A stretch of 62,340 bases of DNA, counting the filler. It is 8 parts of 8 records of this genome, joined end to end, with 100 filler letters (N's around TTAATTAATTAA, not from the genome) between each part and the next. Parts side by side here need not be neighbours in the genome. Positions count along the whole stretch, not along the records: positions 49,670 to 55,597 come from SRR31147125_25480; positions 55,698 to 62,340 come from SRR31147125_25505; 6 more parts are not named here. One strand, written 5' to 3'. The translations under genes were made by a program, and so were the position numbers. Under the pieces are notes generated by a model, which was not told the DNA's origin, did not search any database, and saw nothing but the letters and a program-made list of their open reading frames with translations. Within the stretch, counting starts at the first letter, position 1, and every line of letters starts with the position of its first letter. Positions 52,263 to 62,340 of this stretch are shown piece after piece.

Positions 52263-55200
52263 CTACACAGGAAGTGCCTCGTCTGCCTCCCCATCCGATA
52301 ACGCTTGTAGAAGGATAGGTTTGCGTCCCTTCATGGAACGACCGGGATTCCTTCGTGGTGTTGCATTCATCTGTCCAATCAATCGATTCTCCTGATCCGA
52401 TGGGCCCTCCTCCTCTTCTTCTACCACCTCCTTCTTTCGTCTCCTCTTTGTTCGCTACATCCCATAACGTCAATTGGGATACACACAAAAAGCAATCCTG
52501 AAGTACCTGGGTCCTCACTCTTGAACGTGATGCAGTCGCACGCGCACGAGGGGCCGCCGTGGAAACACGAATCGGTGTCGAGGGGGGAGGCCTCTTGGAT
52601 GTGGTGGTGGTCACAATGGGTTCTGGTTTTTCGACTTGCACCGAGTGGACATTGTTCACCTAGCATACATCCGTCGATTTGCAGTGGGGAACACGCACTA
52701 CACCATCTCACCTTCTCCTCGAACTCATCAAGGGCGGCCTTTGTTTCTGCGCGGGCAAATTTTTTCGCCTGGAGACAAAGGATGAGGGAGGAATACACCC
52801 CCCACACACACACACACATGCACACACCTTGGTAACGATGGTGCGGAAGGAAGCATGAACTTCCTCGTCAATGAGCTTATCTTTGTAGCACTTGCTTAGC
52901 TCCGTTAGCTTTCGAATGCCTCTCTCGCTGTAGTTGAGAAGAGAGAGCGAATAGGCCAGATCTGCCCATTGTTTGCGTTCTGCAGACATATCAGCCCATC
53001 TATCACCTTTGAGTGTGTTAGGATCGCTAACCTCCTGTGGCATAGAACCGGTGGCACAATTTCTCAATCAGACTCTCTGTCTGCTTTTCCTGAACAGGTG
53101 TTATGCACGCTGCACGCTGCGCACGCCACCCACTCCACACCTTATCAATGAATCCCACAAGAAACTTTGTGATGGATCGGAATGACTCCTGCGACACGGT
53201 TGGGTTACTGGAGAGGCGCGTGATGGTTTCAGGGAGGATGTTGTAGACCATGTTCGACCCTTTGAGAGGGCATGGTGAGGACACACACAGCCTCGGAACA
53301 TCACACACACCTTTGCGTGCGAGTTCATGGAAGAAAATCCGCGCAAGGTCTGCAATTCTCTGATCTTCATCTTCCAGACACAGTGCCATGTCTCCAACTT
53401 GTCCTCGCACCTAAAACACCCTTCTTGATCAGTACAGAGCACTTCACACGTGAGATATGCACCTTAGTCATATCATTCATGATCAAATGGGTCAGTACAA
53501 GCAGTGTGTTCTTGCGGACACGCGTATCGTAGTCCTTTAGTCGTGCGAATCTAACGGAATGAGTGTAAGTCATATTCTCTTCTTCTTCTTCTTCTTTTTC
53601 CCTCACAAATGATCAATCCAGGGTTGCAGCATATTGGGAAAGCGAAAAGCAAGATCTCCCAGGGTGATGACAATGTTGGCCCGAATTTCTGCATCCTGGG
53701 AGGACTGAAGAACAGAAAAGAGCAGTTGAAGTTGTTCCTCGCTTTGGTGCATTTGTTCATGTGAGCATAGATCAATCTACACATCACTGTCGAAACGCAC
53801 CAGAACTCTGAACTGATGGTCATGCACTTGCATAAAGTAAGAACGGCGGTGGATTGAAGCCGAGGATACTCCTGAGGAAGAGTGGTGTGACGGGATACAA
53901 TCACGCATCAGGAACGCGTACTTGATAGCGTGTGGTACGAATCACATGAAGAACGAGGGGAAGGAAGGCACCCACGAGGTTCCCCGACACGATCTCCTTC
54001 TCAGCGATTTGCAAGATGTGTTCACTCTCCTGAGTGCTCTGGGTGGCGCCGTGATCCTCTTCCGTGGCTGTATCCAGTAAGAAGACGGATCCTATGCTGA
54101 TACCTCAACACACCACTGTCTTCTTGGACTTTGCGGTGTCCTGAAGAACGCGCCTTGCGCCATAGCTTGTCCATGTCCTCCATGTGCACGAATTCCTTGA
54201 GTGCCGTGTGACCAACAACGAAAAAGAGACGTGATAATGCATGACAAGGAATAGTGGGATTCCCATCCACTGTGAGGAGTGAGAGGGGGAAATGTCGAGA
54301 AGAAGGACGCACACACCTTCCAGACAGAGAGATCCCGTCATCTCGCGAAGAAGTGTTCCCGCAACAATCTCAGGTTCTTCGCACAGGGAGAAGATGGCAT
54401 TAAGGGCCTCCTCAGCTGCTGAGAACCTGGAAGAGAGTGAGGGACGCACAGAGGAAGCAGCCCGATCCTCTTAACACACCATGAATCCTCACAAAGATGA
54501 GAACTCTTCACAATCCCCGCAAGCATCTCAACAACGGTGTGGTTTGCGTGGAGGCGTACTGCAAAACAAAAAAAAACAGTGAGGATTGGAGCGGAAGAAA
54601 CACTAGACACACACCGTGTTCCTCGGCCCGAGCGAGTTTCTGGAGGGCGATGCAGATGTAGCGAACGACGACCCCATCATTCTGTCAACAAGTCAGGAGT
54701 GAAGACGTGACAGCCCAGTGCAAACACGAACTCTAAGGGGTGTTCCCAGTCCCGTTGATGTCAACACAGTGATATTATTCTTGACAATGCTTGGATCGCC
54801 GTTTGCAATCATGGAAAGAAGCATCAATGCTCCCCGCCGCTGTACCACTGAGAGCTTTCCTGCCCGTTCCACTTCAATGCAGTATGAGTAGGAGTCATAC
54901 GCAATCCCTCGTCATGACGTACAGAAGGTCTCCCAGAGATGATGCACAACAGGTGGAGAGACAATACGCTTGCGTGTCATCTCTGTCACGATTTCCTCCA
55001 GGGATGCTAGTTCAGCCGATGAAATGGAGTCCGTAAGTCTGGTGACGAACAATTGGATAAGAAACAAGACACGGGAAGCTCGAGATGAGACAGAAAATCA
55101 CCCAATAAGGCGAGAAGCAACTTCGGCTGCTTCTCCGCGATGGCCATCCGTCTTCAGGTAGAGGTGCTGGAATGCGTCGAACAGTGCATCTCGTATCCCA

Positions 55201-55597
55201 GCCTCGGAGGACCATACGAGCATCAGCATCTTTCGTAGACCCGTCTACACGTCCACACGGGATTCAGCGTACACCACAAATCCATCGACCTACCTCTGCG
55301 GATTCAATGCCGAACAGGTGAGCACCACAGAAAAAGTTGATCGCCTCTGTTACATCGGTGTTGTTTTTTGAGCCCAGGAGTTGTGTTGCGGTTGACACTC
55401 CCTCGTGAATCATCTGAATGAATTCCACAGCAGATGCATAGAACTCGTCAACTACTCTTGTGGAGACAGTGACAGGGTTCACGGGGGGCTGTTCGTGTGT
55501 TATTCATTGTTTGGAGGCACCGTAACCAATGCACTGTACCTCCTCCTCCTCCTCCTCGTCGTCGTTATTGTTGTTGTCGTTGTTGTTGTTGTCGTCG
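52263..55597 (-). CDS. NCAPD2: Eukaryotic condensin I HEAT subunit (CND1/NCAPD2), 5'-truncated, multi-exon
   Basis: RVRKNTLLVLTHLIMNDMTKVRGQVGDMALCLEDEDQRIADLARIFFHEL, VYNILPE, LLGSKNNTDVTEAI; last exon ends at TAG 52263. Confidence 0.9.
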
Positions 55598-55697
55598 NNN
55601 NNNNNNNNNNNNNNNNNNNNNNNNNNNNNNNNNNNNNNNNNTTAATTAATTAANNNNNNNNNNNNNNNNNNNNNNNNNNNNNNNNNNNNNNNNNNNN

Positions 55698-55888
55698 TGG
55701 GTGATTATCAAAAAGCTTTAGATTATTTTATAAAATCATATAAAGTAATGCTTAATGTTCTAGGGGAAAACCACCCAAATACAAAAACTGTTTTTGACAA
55801 CATAAAAGTGTGCTACCAAAAATCTGGTGCAGATATGGATAAATTCGAAGACTGGCTAAAAGAAAATTTAGGCAATCTTGAAAACTAA
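55698..55888 (+). CDS. C-terminus of a TPR protein
   Basis: GDYQKALDYFIKSY...LGENHPNT TPR pattern. Confidence 0.7.
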
Positions 55889-55925
55889 CCATCCTTCCCC
55901 ATAACATCACACTTGCGTGATGTTT

Positions 55926-57194
55926 TTATATCTTCTCCAACGCTTTTATAACCCTATCCAACTCAAAGTCTTGGTTATACAGCGCCATACTTATCCTTAC
56001 AACGCCTTTAAATGGGCTGTCTTGGGTTAATTTCTGCACATATAAATTCGCCCCGCAGTAGCCATGCTGAACAATAATTCCATATTTATTATATAAATAT
56101 TTAGCCACCTCTTCATCGGTTTTCCCTTTAACATTAAATGATACTATCGGTATCCTATCGACTAAATGCTCAGTATCCCCGTATAGTATTATATTAGGGT
56201 TTTGCTTGAATGCTCGTGTGGCATATGATAGCAAGTATGATTCGTGCCGTCTGATATTGCTCATGTTTATTTGAATAATTGATTGAATAGCCACAGATAG
56301 TGCTATCACTCCTAGGATATTGTTCGAGCCTGCTTCATAGCGTGTAGGGCTATCCTTCAGTATTACTTCTTTGTCATTTGCCACCTTTGTAATGCCTGCG
56401 CCAAAGCATAGTGGATACCCCTTGTTAAGCACTGCTTTATCACCAACTAATGCCCCAGTAAAAAACGGAGCATATGCCTTGTGTGCGCTAAATGCTATAT
56501 AATCAATACGTTCCATCGAATTAGGTGGATTCATATTAATAGTACGGTGCTGTATTAACTGTGCTGAGTCAATTAAAACCTGTGCACCATACTTGTGGGC
56601 AAGCCTTGCAATCTTGTAGATAGGGTTAACATAACCTGTCACGTTGCTTGCACCAGTTATAGCTACAAGTCCTATTCTGCCTTCATACTTTGTTAGCTTC
56701 CTTTCCAAATCTGCCATGTCAAGCCTGCCATCTGGCATCAGATCAGCCAACACAGGCTCGCACCGATATTTCCATGGAAGATAATTGGATAAATGCTCCA
56801 TGTAGGATGTTATTATCACAGGCTTTTCCACGCAGCCTTGCATGCTTGGGCATATAACATTGCTTAATGTGTTTATGGCTTCTGTTGTGTTTTTTGTGTA
56901 AACCACTGTATCTCTATTTAGGTCAGCATTTACAAAGTTCATTATGCTTGTTCTGCCTTTCTCATATAGAGCTGAAAGCATCTTTGCTTTTTGAGATATG
57001 TTGGATAAATATTTATACCATGGTCTATATTTCTCTAGCTCGCTGACTACAGAGTTGAATGCTGGTGTAGTACCTGCATTGTCAAAATATATGCTGTTTA
57101 ACGTGCCATTTTCAGTAGGTATTATAGTGGATATGTCTTCCACAAGTTCTCTTAATGTATTCCCTAAATAGTTTTGGTAGCTATCTGTACTCAT
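55926..57194 (-). CDS. Class V PLP-dependent aminotransferase (cysteine-desulfurase-like)
   Basis: YFDNAGTT, NTTEAIN, MEHLSN, ASNVTG, DSAQ, FSAHK. Confidence 0.88.
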   Translation of the reverse strand: MSTDSYQNYLGNTLRELVEDISTIIPTENGTLNSIYFDNAGTTPAFNSVVSELEKYRPWYKYLSNISQKAKMLSALYEKGRTSIMNFVNADLNRDTVVYTKNTTEAINTLSNVICPSMQGCVEKPVIITSYMEHLSNYLPWKYRCEPVLADLMPDGRLDMADLERKLTKYEGRIGLVAITGASNVTGYVNPIYKIARLAHKYGAQVLIDSAQLIQHRTINMNPPNSMERIDYIAFSAHKAYAPFFTGALVGDKAVLNKGYPLCFGAGITKVANDKEVILKDSPTRYEAGSNNILGVIALSVAIQSIIQINMSNIRRHESYLLSYATRAFKQNPNIILYGDTEHLVDRIPIVSFNVKGKTDEEVAKYLYNKYGIIVQHGYCGANLYVQKLTQDSPFKGVVRISMALYNQDFELDRVIKALEKI

Positions 57195-57422
57195 TTTTTC
57201 ACCTTCTAAATACCAGCTGACATTCAAAAGATATTAAAGCCAGTTAGAATAATATTTCTTGTTTATAATATGTGTATTTTATACAAATGGTTATAAACAC
57301 CCCATTGACTCTCCCCTAACCGGAGACTTCTTTGCCTAATCAAAATTTTAGTATCCTTATAAACATACTCGTAATATAACTTGAAAATATGATATAATAA
57401 CTTAAAACATGCGAGTGATTAA

Positions 57423-58163
57423 ATGAACAATTTATTTATAAGTAAAATACAACTAATAAAAGATAGCATTCAAAGCTTCAATCCATATCCTTTTTCTTTG
57501 CCTATAATAAAAAACTTTTCCACCATGGAAGTTTCAAGCCCAGTTACATTTATTATGGGTGATAACGGAAGCGGCAAGTCCACCTTGCTGGAGGCAATAG
57601 CCCTAGCCTATGGATTCAATCCAGAGGGCGGCTCAAGGAACTTTAACTTTTCTACAAAGGATACCCATTCCTGCCTGCATTCTCACCTGAGATTATCAAA
57701 AGGTATAAAGCGTCCTAAAGACAGCTTCTTTTTAAGAGCTGAAAGCTTTTATAATGTAGCATCAGAGTATGATGAATTATATGAAGATGAATTAAGCCTA
57801 GGCATTAAAACATCATTCGGCTCAAAGTCTCTACATAATCAATCCCACGGCGAAAGTTTTCTTGCACTTATGCAAAATAGGTTAAGGGGCAATGGGCTAT
57901 ATATCTTTGACGAACCAGAAGCAGCACTATCAGCAACTGGTCAGCTAAAAATGCTAAGCATAATGAAAAATTTAGTGGATAATAACTCCCAGTTTATAAT
58001 AGCCACCCACTCGCCAATTATTTCCGCTTTCCCTAATGCTACAATCTACGAAGCAATTGGGGATGAGTTTGAAATAAAAGACTACACCGATACAGAAAAC
58101 TATACAATCACCAAATACTTTTTAAATAATACAGATAGGATGATTAAGGAGTTGTTTGATTAG
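57423..58163 (+). CDS. ABC-type AAA ATPase (COG3910-like)
   Basis: GDNGSGKST, FLRAESF, QSHGESF, FDEPEAALS, IATHSP. Confidence 0.88.
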   Translation: MNNLFISKIQLIKDSIQSFNPYPFSLPIIKNFSTMEVSSPVTFIMGDNGSGKSTLLEAIALAYGFNPEGGSRNFNFSTKDTHSCLHSHLRLSKGIKRPKDSFFLRAESFYNVASEYDELYEDELSLGIKTSFGSKSLHNQSHGESFLALMQNRLRGNGLYIFDEPEAALSATGQLKMLSIMKNLVDNNSQFIIATHSPIISAFPNATIYEAIGDEFEIKDYTDTENYTITKYFLNNTDRMIKELFD

Positions 58164-58232
58164 ATTAGCAAAAAACATTGAATAAATTAACTTAGTATGA
58201 TAGAATACCCAAAACAAAAAAGGAGCACTTGT

Positions 58233-58589
58233 ATGCGTCCACGTGAAGTAATAGAAAAATGGGTAAAAGCTTTTAACAAAGCTGATGTAGATGAGTTAAT
58301 ATCCTTATACAGCGAAGATGCAATTAATTATCAAGTTCCAAATACGCCTATAGTAGGAAAACAAGCAATAAAAAATATGTTTATTGAGGAATTTGCACAA
58401 GCCAAAATGGTATGCATCATTGAAAATATCTTTGAGGATGGAGAATGGGCAATCCTTGAATGGAAAGACCCCTTAGGATTACGAGGATGCGGTTTTTTCC
58501 ATGTCGTTGACAGCAAAATTGTTTTCCAGCGAGGATATTGGGATAAGCTAAGCTTTCTTAAACAGCATGGGTTACCAATACTAGATTAA
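58233..58589 (+). CDS. SnoaL-like/NTF2 family protein
   Basis: WAILEWKDPLGLRGCGFF...QRGYWD; AGGAG before the ATG of MRPREV. Confidence 0.85.
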   Translation: MRPREVIEKWVKAFNKADVDELISLYSEDAINYQVPNTPIVGKQAIKNMFIEEFAQAKMVCIIENIFEDGEWAILEWKDPLGLRGCGFFHVVDSKIVFQRGYWDKLSFLKQHGLPILD

Positions 58590-58627
58590 ACATAATTAAC
58601 TAAATAATCTGCAACAGGCTATACAAT

Positions 58628-59040
58628 ATGGAATATACTTTTATACAACAATTTATGAATAATATCGATGTAATCTGCCCTAGATGTAATTCAAGGGCAA
58701 AAGTTTCACGTGAAGAAAATAAAGAAAAAAGCTTATATGCACAAACTGCGGATTAATAACAAGTGCGCCATGCTTAAATATTACATCAAGTTATACATAC
58801 TGTAGTTTACAATACCCATTATGGTATACAGCAAACTATAAAGGAAAAACATTCTATGCTTACAATATAGAACATTTAATGTTCTTAAAAAAATATATAG
58901 CAGATACTAAAAGAGAAAGAGCGAAGTCCCAATGTGGATGGCGTAATTCAAGTATTCAGAGCCGTCTGCCTAAATGGATAAAGAGTAAGAAAAACAGACA
59001 ATACTTGTTAGACTTAATAAGTAAACTGGAATGTAAATAA
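58628..59040 (+). CDS. Zinc-ribbon hypothetical protein missing from the ORF track; frameshift near 58725-58730
   Basis: CPRC...CTNC, then PLWY...YAYNIEHL...RER...SRLPKWIKSKKNR after adding one A. Confidence 0.65.
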
Positions 59041-59292
59041 TTTTACTCTTCTCAAATTACTTTCCCTCGCAAACGCTTACTTGCCTAATTATACCATATC
59101 GATTGGTGCTTATATCATATTTCTATGTTATAATGAAAACCGTATTTTTTAGAGTAATATTAATCTGGCACTTTTGGGGGTATTATTTGAGATATTTATA
59201 TCATTACTTAAAATATATTGAAGCCCAGGTTTGGAGTAACAATCTAAGTTCACTAATAAAATAATGCCAATAAAAATTATAAGCAGGAATAT

Positions 59293-60870
59293 ATGTTAAA
59301 TCTAAATAATGAAAAATACCTACGGAAATTATTTAATGAAATAAACTCAAAAGAGCATGTCAAAGCTAGCGATATGTATAGTCTTTTCATATGTTTATCA
59401 TCAAGCAATATTCGCATAATCAACTATGCAAGCAATAAAATAAATGAAAAAATCCACAATTCAAACAGTACATTCCTAAATAAGGTTTCTTCTCTATTTA
59501 AAGAGCGTACATTAACTACAGTGTATAATTACGATTCATGGACAAAACTACCCCTAATCAAGTTTACTCACAATACAAAAAAACAAGATGATATAATAAA
59601 TATTTTAGGTCTTGCTACTTTTATTTGCAATGGCTATTTTCGTGAGCGTGCGCTAGAACAACTATTAAAAACTAAAAATCCTAAGGCTTTCCCGTACATC
59701 CTAATAGCGACAAATGATTATGTTGACGCAATTAGATGCAAAGCAACAAATGCATTACGCAAAATGCTATCACCAGAAAATTTTACAACAATTATTACTA
59801 ACTATTCTCTAATAGAAATGTCCAAGCATTGGAAGCATAGTATCTATAATGAAATTAAATCTCAGCTTGCTATTATCGTAGATATTTTGAATAAAGAAGC
59901 CATAGTTAATGCAATTAACTATGCAGATAGTAACGGTAAAGTATTTTGCTACAATGTATTAGCTGAAAAAAACTACTTTTCTAATATTGAAGTATGCAAA
60001 ATGCTTCTAGCAGAAAAAGATATCACCGCTGGATACAAAGGCCTGCATTTACTAATAAATAGTCTTTCATCGTCAGAATTATTTGAATACAAAGACAAAT
60101 TACTCACAGTCAAAAATCCTAATATCAGGGCTAAAATAATTGACAGACTGTGCACAGACGGATTTATAAGCAATCAGTCAGATTTAGAATTTACTTTACT
60201 AGATAAATACTCAAAGGTCAGATTTACTGGTGCATACTATTTAAGCAAAATAGGGTATTTTGATTTTTCCAATTATTATCACAATATACTCAAGCAAAAC
60301 CCGGAAAACCTCACAGCCATTTACGGTTTGTGTGAGCATGGAAAATCATCAGAATTTAAATTCTTGAAAAGATATTTAAAAGATAAAAGAGTTAGCGTCG
60401 TTAAAAAAGTATTAGACTTCATTTCAAAAGAAGAGTCTACTGGCTATATCGATATATTAACCGAATATTTAGACGATAACAGAATAGGCGTCAGCAACAA
60501 AGCTAGAAGAGTATTATTTGAGCATAGAATGAGTATAAATAAAGATGCTGTTTATCAAACATATCTCAATAGCAAACATTTACATGTTAAGCATAACTGC
60601 ATGATTTTACTTTGCAATTTACAAAAATGGGATGCAATTTGCTATATTATTGAGTTTTGCTGTAATAGTGATGATAACATATCCCAGTTTGCAAAGTTCA
60701 GCTATGATAAATGGAAAGCTAAGTTCAATAAATCATTTATCAGTCCCACACAAAATCAAATATGGGCAATTAGAAAATATGTTTCTAAATATCTGAAAAA
60801 TATTGCAGGTAACAATAAATATCTAAATGAAATTAAAAAACAAATTTCTTTTATTCTAACCACATTGTAA
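59293..60870 (+). CDS. HEAT-repeat protein
   Basis: GYFRERALEQL, NDYVDAIR, repeated L.D....V helical units. Confidence 0.7.
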   Translation: MLNLNNEKYLRKLFNEINSKEHVKASDMYSLFICLSSSNIRIINYASNKINEKIHNSNSTFLNKVSSLFKERTLTTVYNYDSWTKLPLIKFTHNTKKQDDIINILGLATFICNGYFRERALEQLLKTKNPKAFPYILIATNDYVDAIRCKATNALRKMLSPENFTTIITNYSLIEMSKHWKHSIYNEIKSQLAIIVDILNKEAIVNAINYADSNGKVFCYNVLAEKNYFSNIEVCKMLLAEKDITAGYKGLHLLINSLSSSELFEYKDKLLTVKNPNIRAKIIDRLCTDGFISNQSDLEFTLLDKYSKVRFTGAYYLSKIGYFDFSNYYHNILKQNPENLTAIYGLCEHGKSSEFKFLKRYLKDKRVSVVKKVLDFISKEESTGYIDILTEYLDDNRIGVSNKARRVLFEHRMSINKDAVYQTYLNSKHLHVKHNCMILLCNLQKWDAICYIIEFCCNSDDNISQFAKFSYDKWKAKFNKSFISPTQNQIWAIRKYVSKYLKNIAGNNKYLNEIKKQISFILTTL

Positions 60871-61016
60871 TATGCATCTCATTTCCTTCTATCTCCCCGT
60901 ATTATCACTACCCCGCCTGTTATCTGCACATATGCTTGCTTGAACGACAATATCAGTTTCTAAACTTGAATTAAATACAGAATAGAAAAGCCCTAAGTAA
61001 TCAAAATCTTTTTTAG

Positions 61017-61453
61017 CTAAACAACTTTAATCTTTTTTTTTGGTTCAAAACTAACTAAATCAACATTTTCTATTAATGCACCTAGAAATGAAATAGTTTC
61101 TAATGAACCAATGTCTTGTGGTCTAATCCATTTATAGTCCTCATGTTCTTCATTTAATTTAACTGTATCATTTTTAAATTTACACAAATACACAATTTGT
61201 ACAGTCTGCCTTTTGGAATTTGTGAAAGATTAGAATATGCATATATTGGCTTAACTATGTTAACACAAATATTTACTTCCTCCATTATCTCTCTATTCAA
61301 ACACTCTTCCACAGTCTCGCCCACTTCAACTGTGCCTCCTGGAATGTCCCATAAAAGTGGCATATAATCATCATCTGCTGCCCTTTGTGTAACTAATATG
61401 TGTCCTTGTTCATTTACTATTAATGCATGTGCTGCAACATAAAAAATAGACAT
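61017..61453 (-). CDS. NUDIX hydrolase; frameshift near 61211-61214
   Basis: WDIPGGTVEVGETVEECLNREIMEEV box; one extra A restores ...LNEEHEDYKWI to TAG at 61017. Confidence 0.85.
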
Positions 61454-61455
61454 TA

Positions 61456-62340
61456 CTATCCCTCCTTTAAAAAGCTTTCTTTTTCTTTTAATATCTTTTT
61501 ATACAAAATCTCATTCTTAGAGTATATATCGAAATCGTCAGAAATAGACCACAAGAAATCAAAATAATCAGATGAATACTCATATAAAGACGATTTTTTA
61601 GAAACTTTCATTTCAAAAGTAATCATACTTCTCTGATGCCTTAATATATATTTTATAGGTAAATAAGGTTCAAAAAAACATTCATTATCAGCAATCAATA
61701 TTGAAGCTGGCACATCATATCTTACAAGCTTTAGCTCAATCTTGTCACCATATTTTTTCCTCAATTCTTTATATCCAGTAATACTGTTTGCAAATTTGTC
61801 ATTATACCATCGAGTACCCTCCAAAACATCAATTATTTTTGAAAAACTTTTAATACCATTTTCGTTATAATCACATGATTTCTGCAATGCTTCTTTATCT
61901 TGTTCATCTATTGCAAAATAAAAACCGCTGTCACTCCATGGATTAGTTAAAATAATCTTAAATTTAAACTTTCCAGTTTTTAATTTTTCTTCAATATCAT
62001 ATCTATATCTTTGCGAAAGTGGTGCAATAAACGAAAATCCAGAGTGAGCTATTAATTTTAATTCACCAGTACTACTTATGCTTGTTTCCTTTTCTTCATT
62101 CCTTATATGATTAGTTTGAGCAGTAAATATTTTTTCAAATCCATCCGGAAATCTACTACCATCATTTACTTTTACAGGTGAAGACTGGTGCTCGCTATAT
62201 CTTTTAAATACATCTCTTAGAATCGCACTCCTAACCAGCTTCTCGAATTTGGGTCTTGTATTAAATTCAGAATACAAACCTTGGTACACTTCTTTAGCTT
62301 TAAACTTATTAAAAAATCTTTTTACTTTTTGAAATTGTTT
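61456..62340 (-). CDS. DUF5919-like (PLD-fold-like) protein, 5'-truncated
   Basis: KIILTNPWS, ILIADNECFFEPY, YFDFLW pattern; frame open to the window edge. Confidence 0.5.
   Translation of the reverse strand, partial: KQFQKVKRFFNKFKAKEVYQGLYSEFNTRPKFEKLVRSAILRDVFKRYSEHQSSPVKVNDGSRFPDGFEKIFTAQTNHIRNEEKETSISSTGELKLIAHSGFSFIAPLSQRYRYDIEEKLKTGKFKFKIILTNPWSDSGFYFAIDEQDKEALQKSCDYNENGIKSFSKIIDVLEGTRWYNDKFANSITGYKELRKKYGDKIELKLVRYDVPASILIADNECFFEPYLPIKYILRHQRSMITFEMKVSKKSSLYEYSSDYFDFLWSISDDFDIYSKNEILYKKILKEKESFLKEG

Noticed and set aside
52803-52827. (CA)n tract, plus trinucleotide tracts at 49670-49710 and 55539-55597
   Set aside because: Ordinary eukaryotic microsatellite or low-complexity sequence, likely the cause of contig breaks
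1-62340. CRISPR array, cas genes, reverse transcriptase, rRNA
   Set aside because: None seen on reading; no repeat-spacer periodicity or RT motifs found

Overview
This is not one locus. It is eight unrelated contigs joined by artificial 100-nt spacers (N-run, TTAATTAATTAA, N-run), resembling an anaerobic community. (1) 1-6446: Firmicute-like hexuronate operon (uxaB-uxaA-uxaC, TIM-barrel isomerase, sugar ABC ATPase). (2) 6547-15451: two large secreted CAZyme-like proteins plus a GT-C/ApbE/GT2 cluster. (3) 15552-26796: Bacteroidota iron/heme-type locus with two TonB receptors, flavodoxin, MFS and hemN, including a candidate RPPP ribosome-arrest leader ORF. (4) 26897-34142: an integrative element at a tRNA 3' end encoding a DUF6538-type tyrosine integrase, RNase HI, a zinc-finger protein, a divergent SF2 helicase-like protein and a second small tyrosine recombinase. 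(5) 34243-39821: Bacteroidota genes (T9SS-sorted protein, sulfatase, fucosidase). (6) 39922-49569: Desulfobacterota-like genes (recN, kinases, Fur-FeoA fusion, sigma54 regulator). (7) 49670-55597: a compact, intron-dense eukaryotic contig (GPN1 and condensin CND1, introns mostly 51-54 nt, stop codons 14 nt apart). (8) 55698-62340: Firmicute-like genes ending in a DUF5919-like/NUDIX pair. Many genes carry single-base frameshifts, mostly in homopolymers, which are most likely sequencing errors. All family assignments are by motif recognition; no searches were run.
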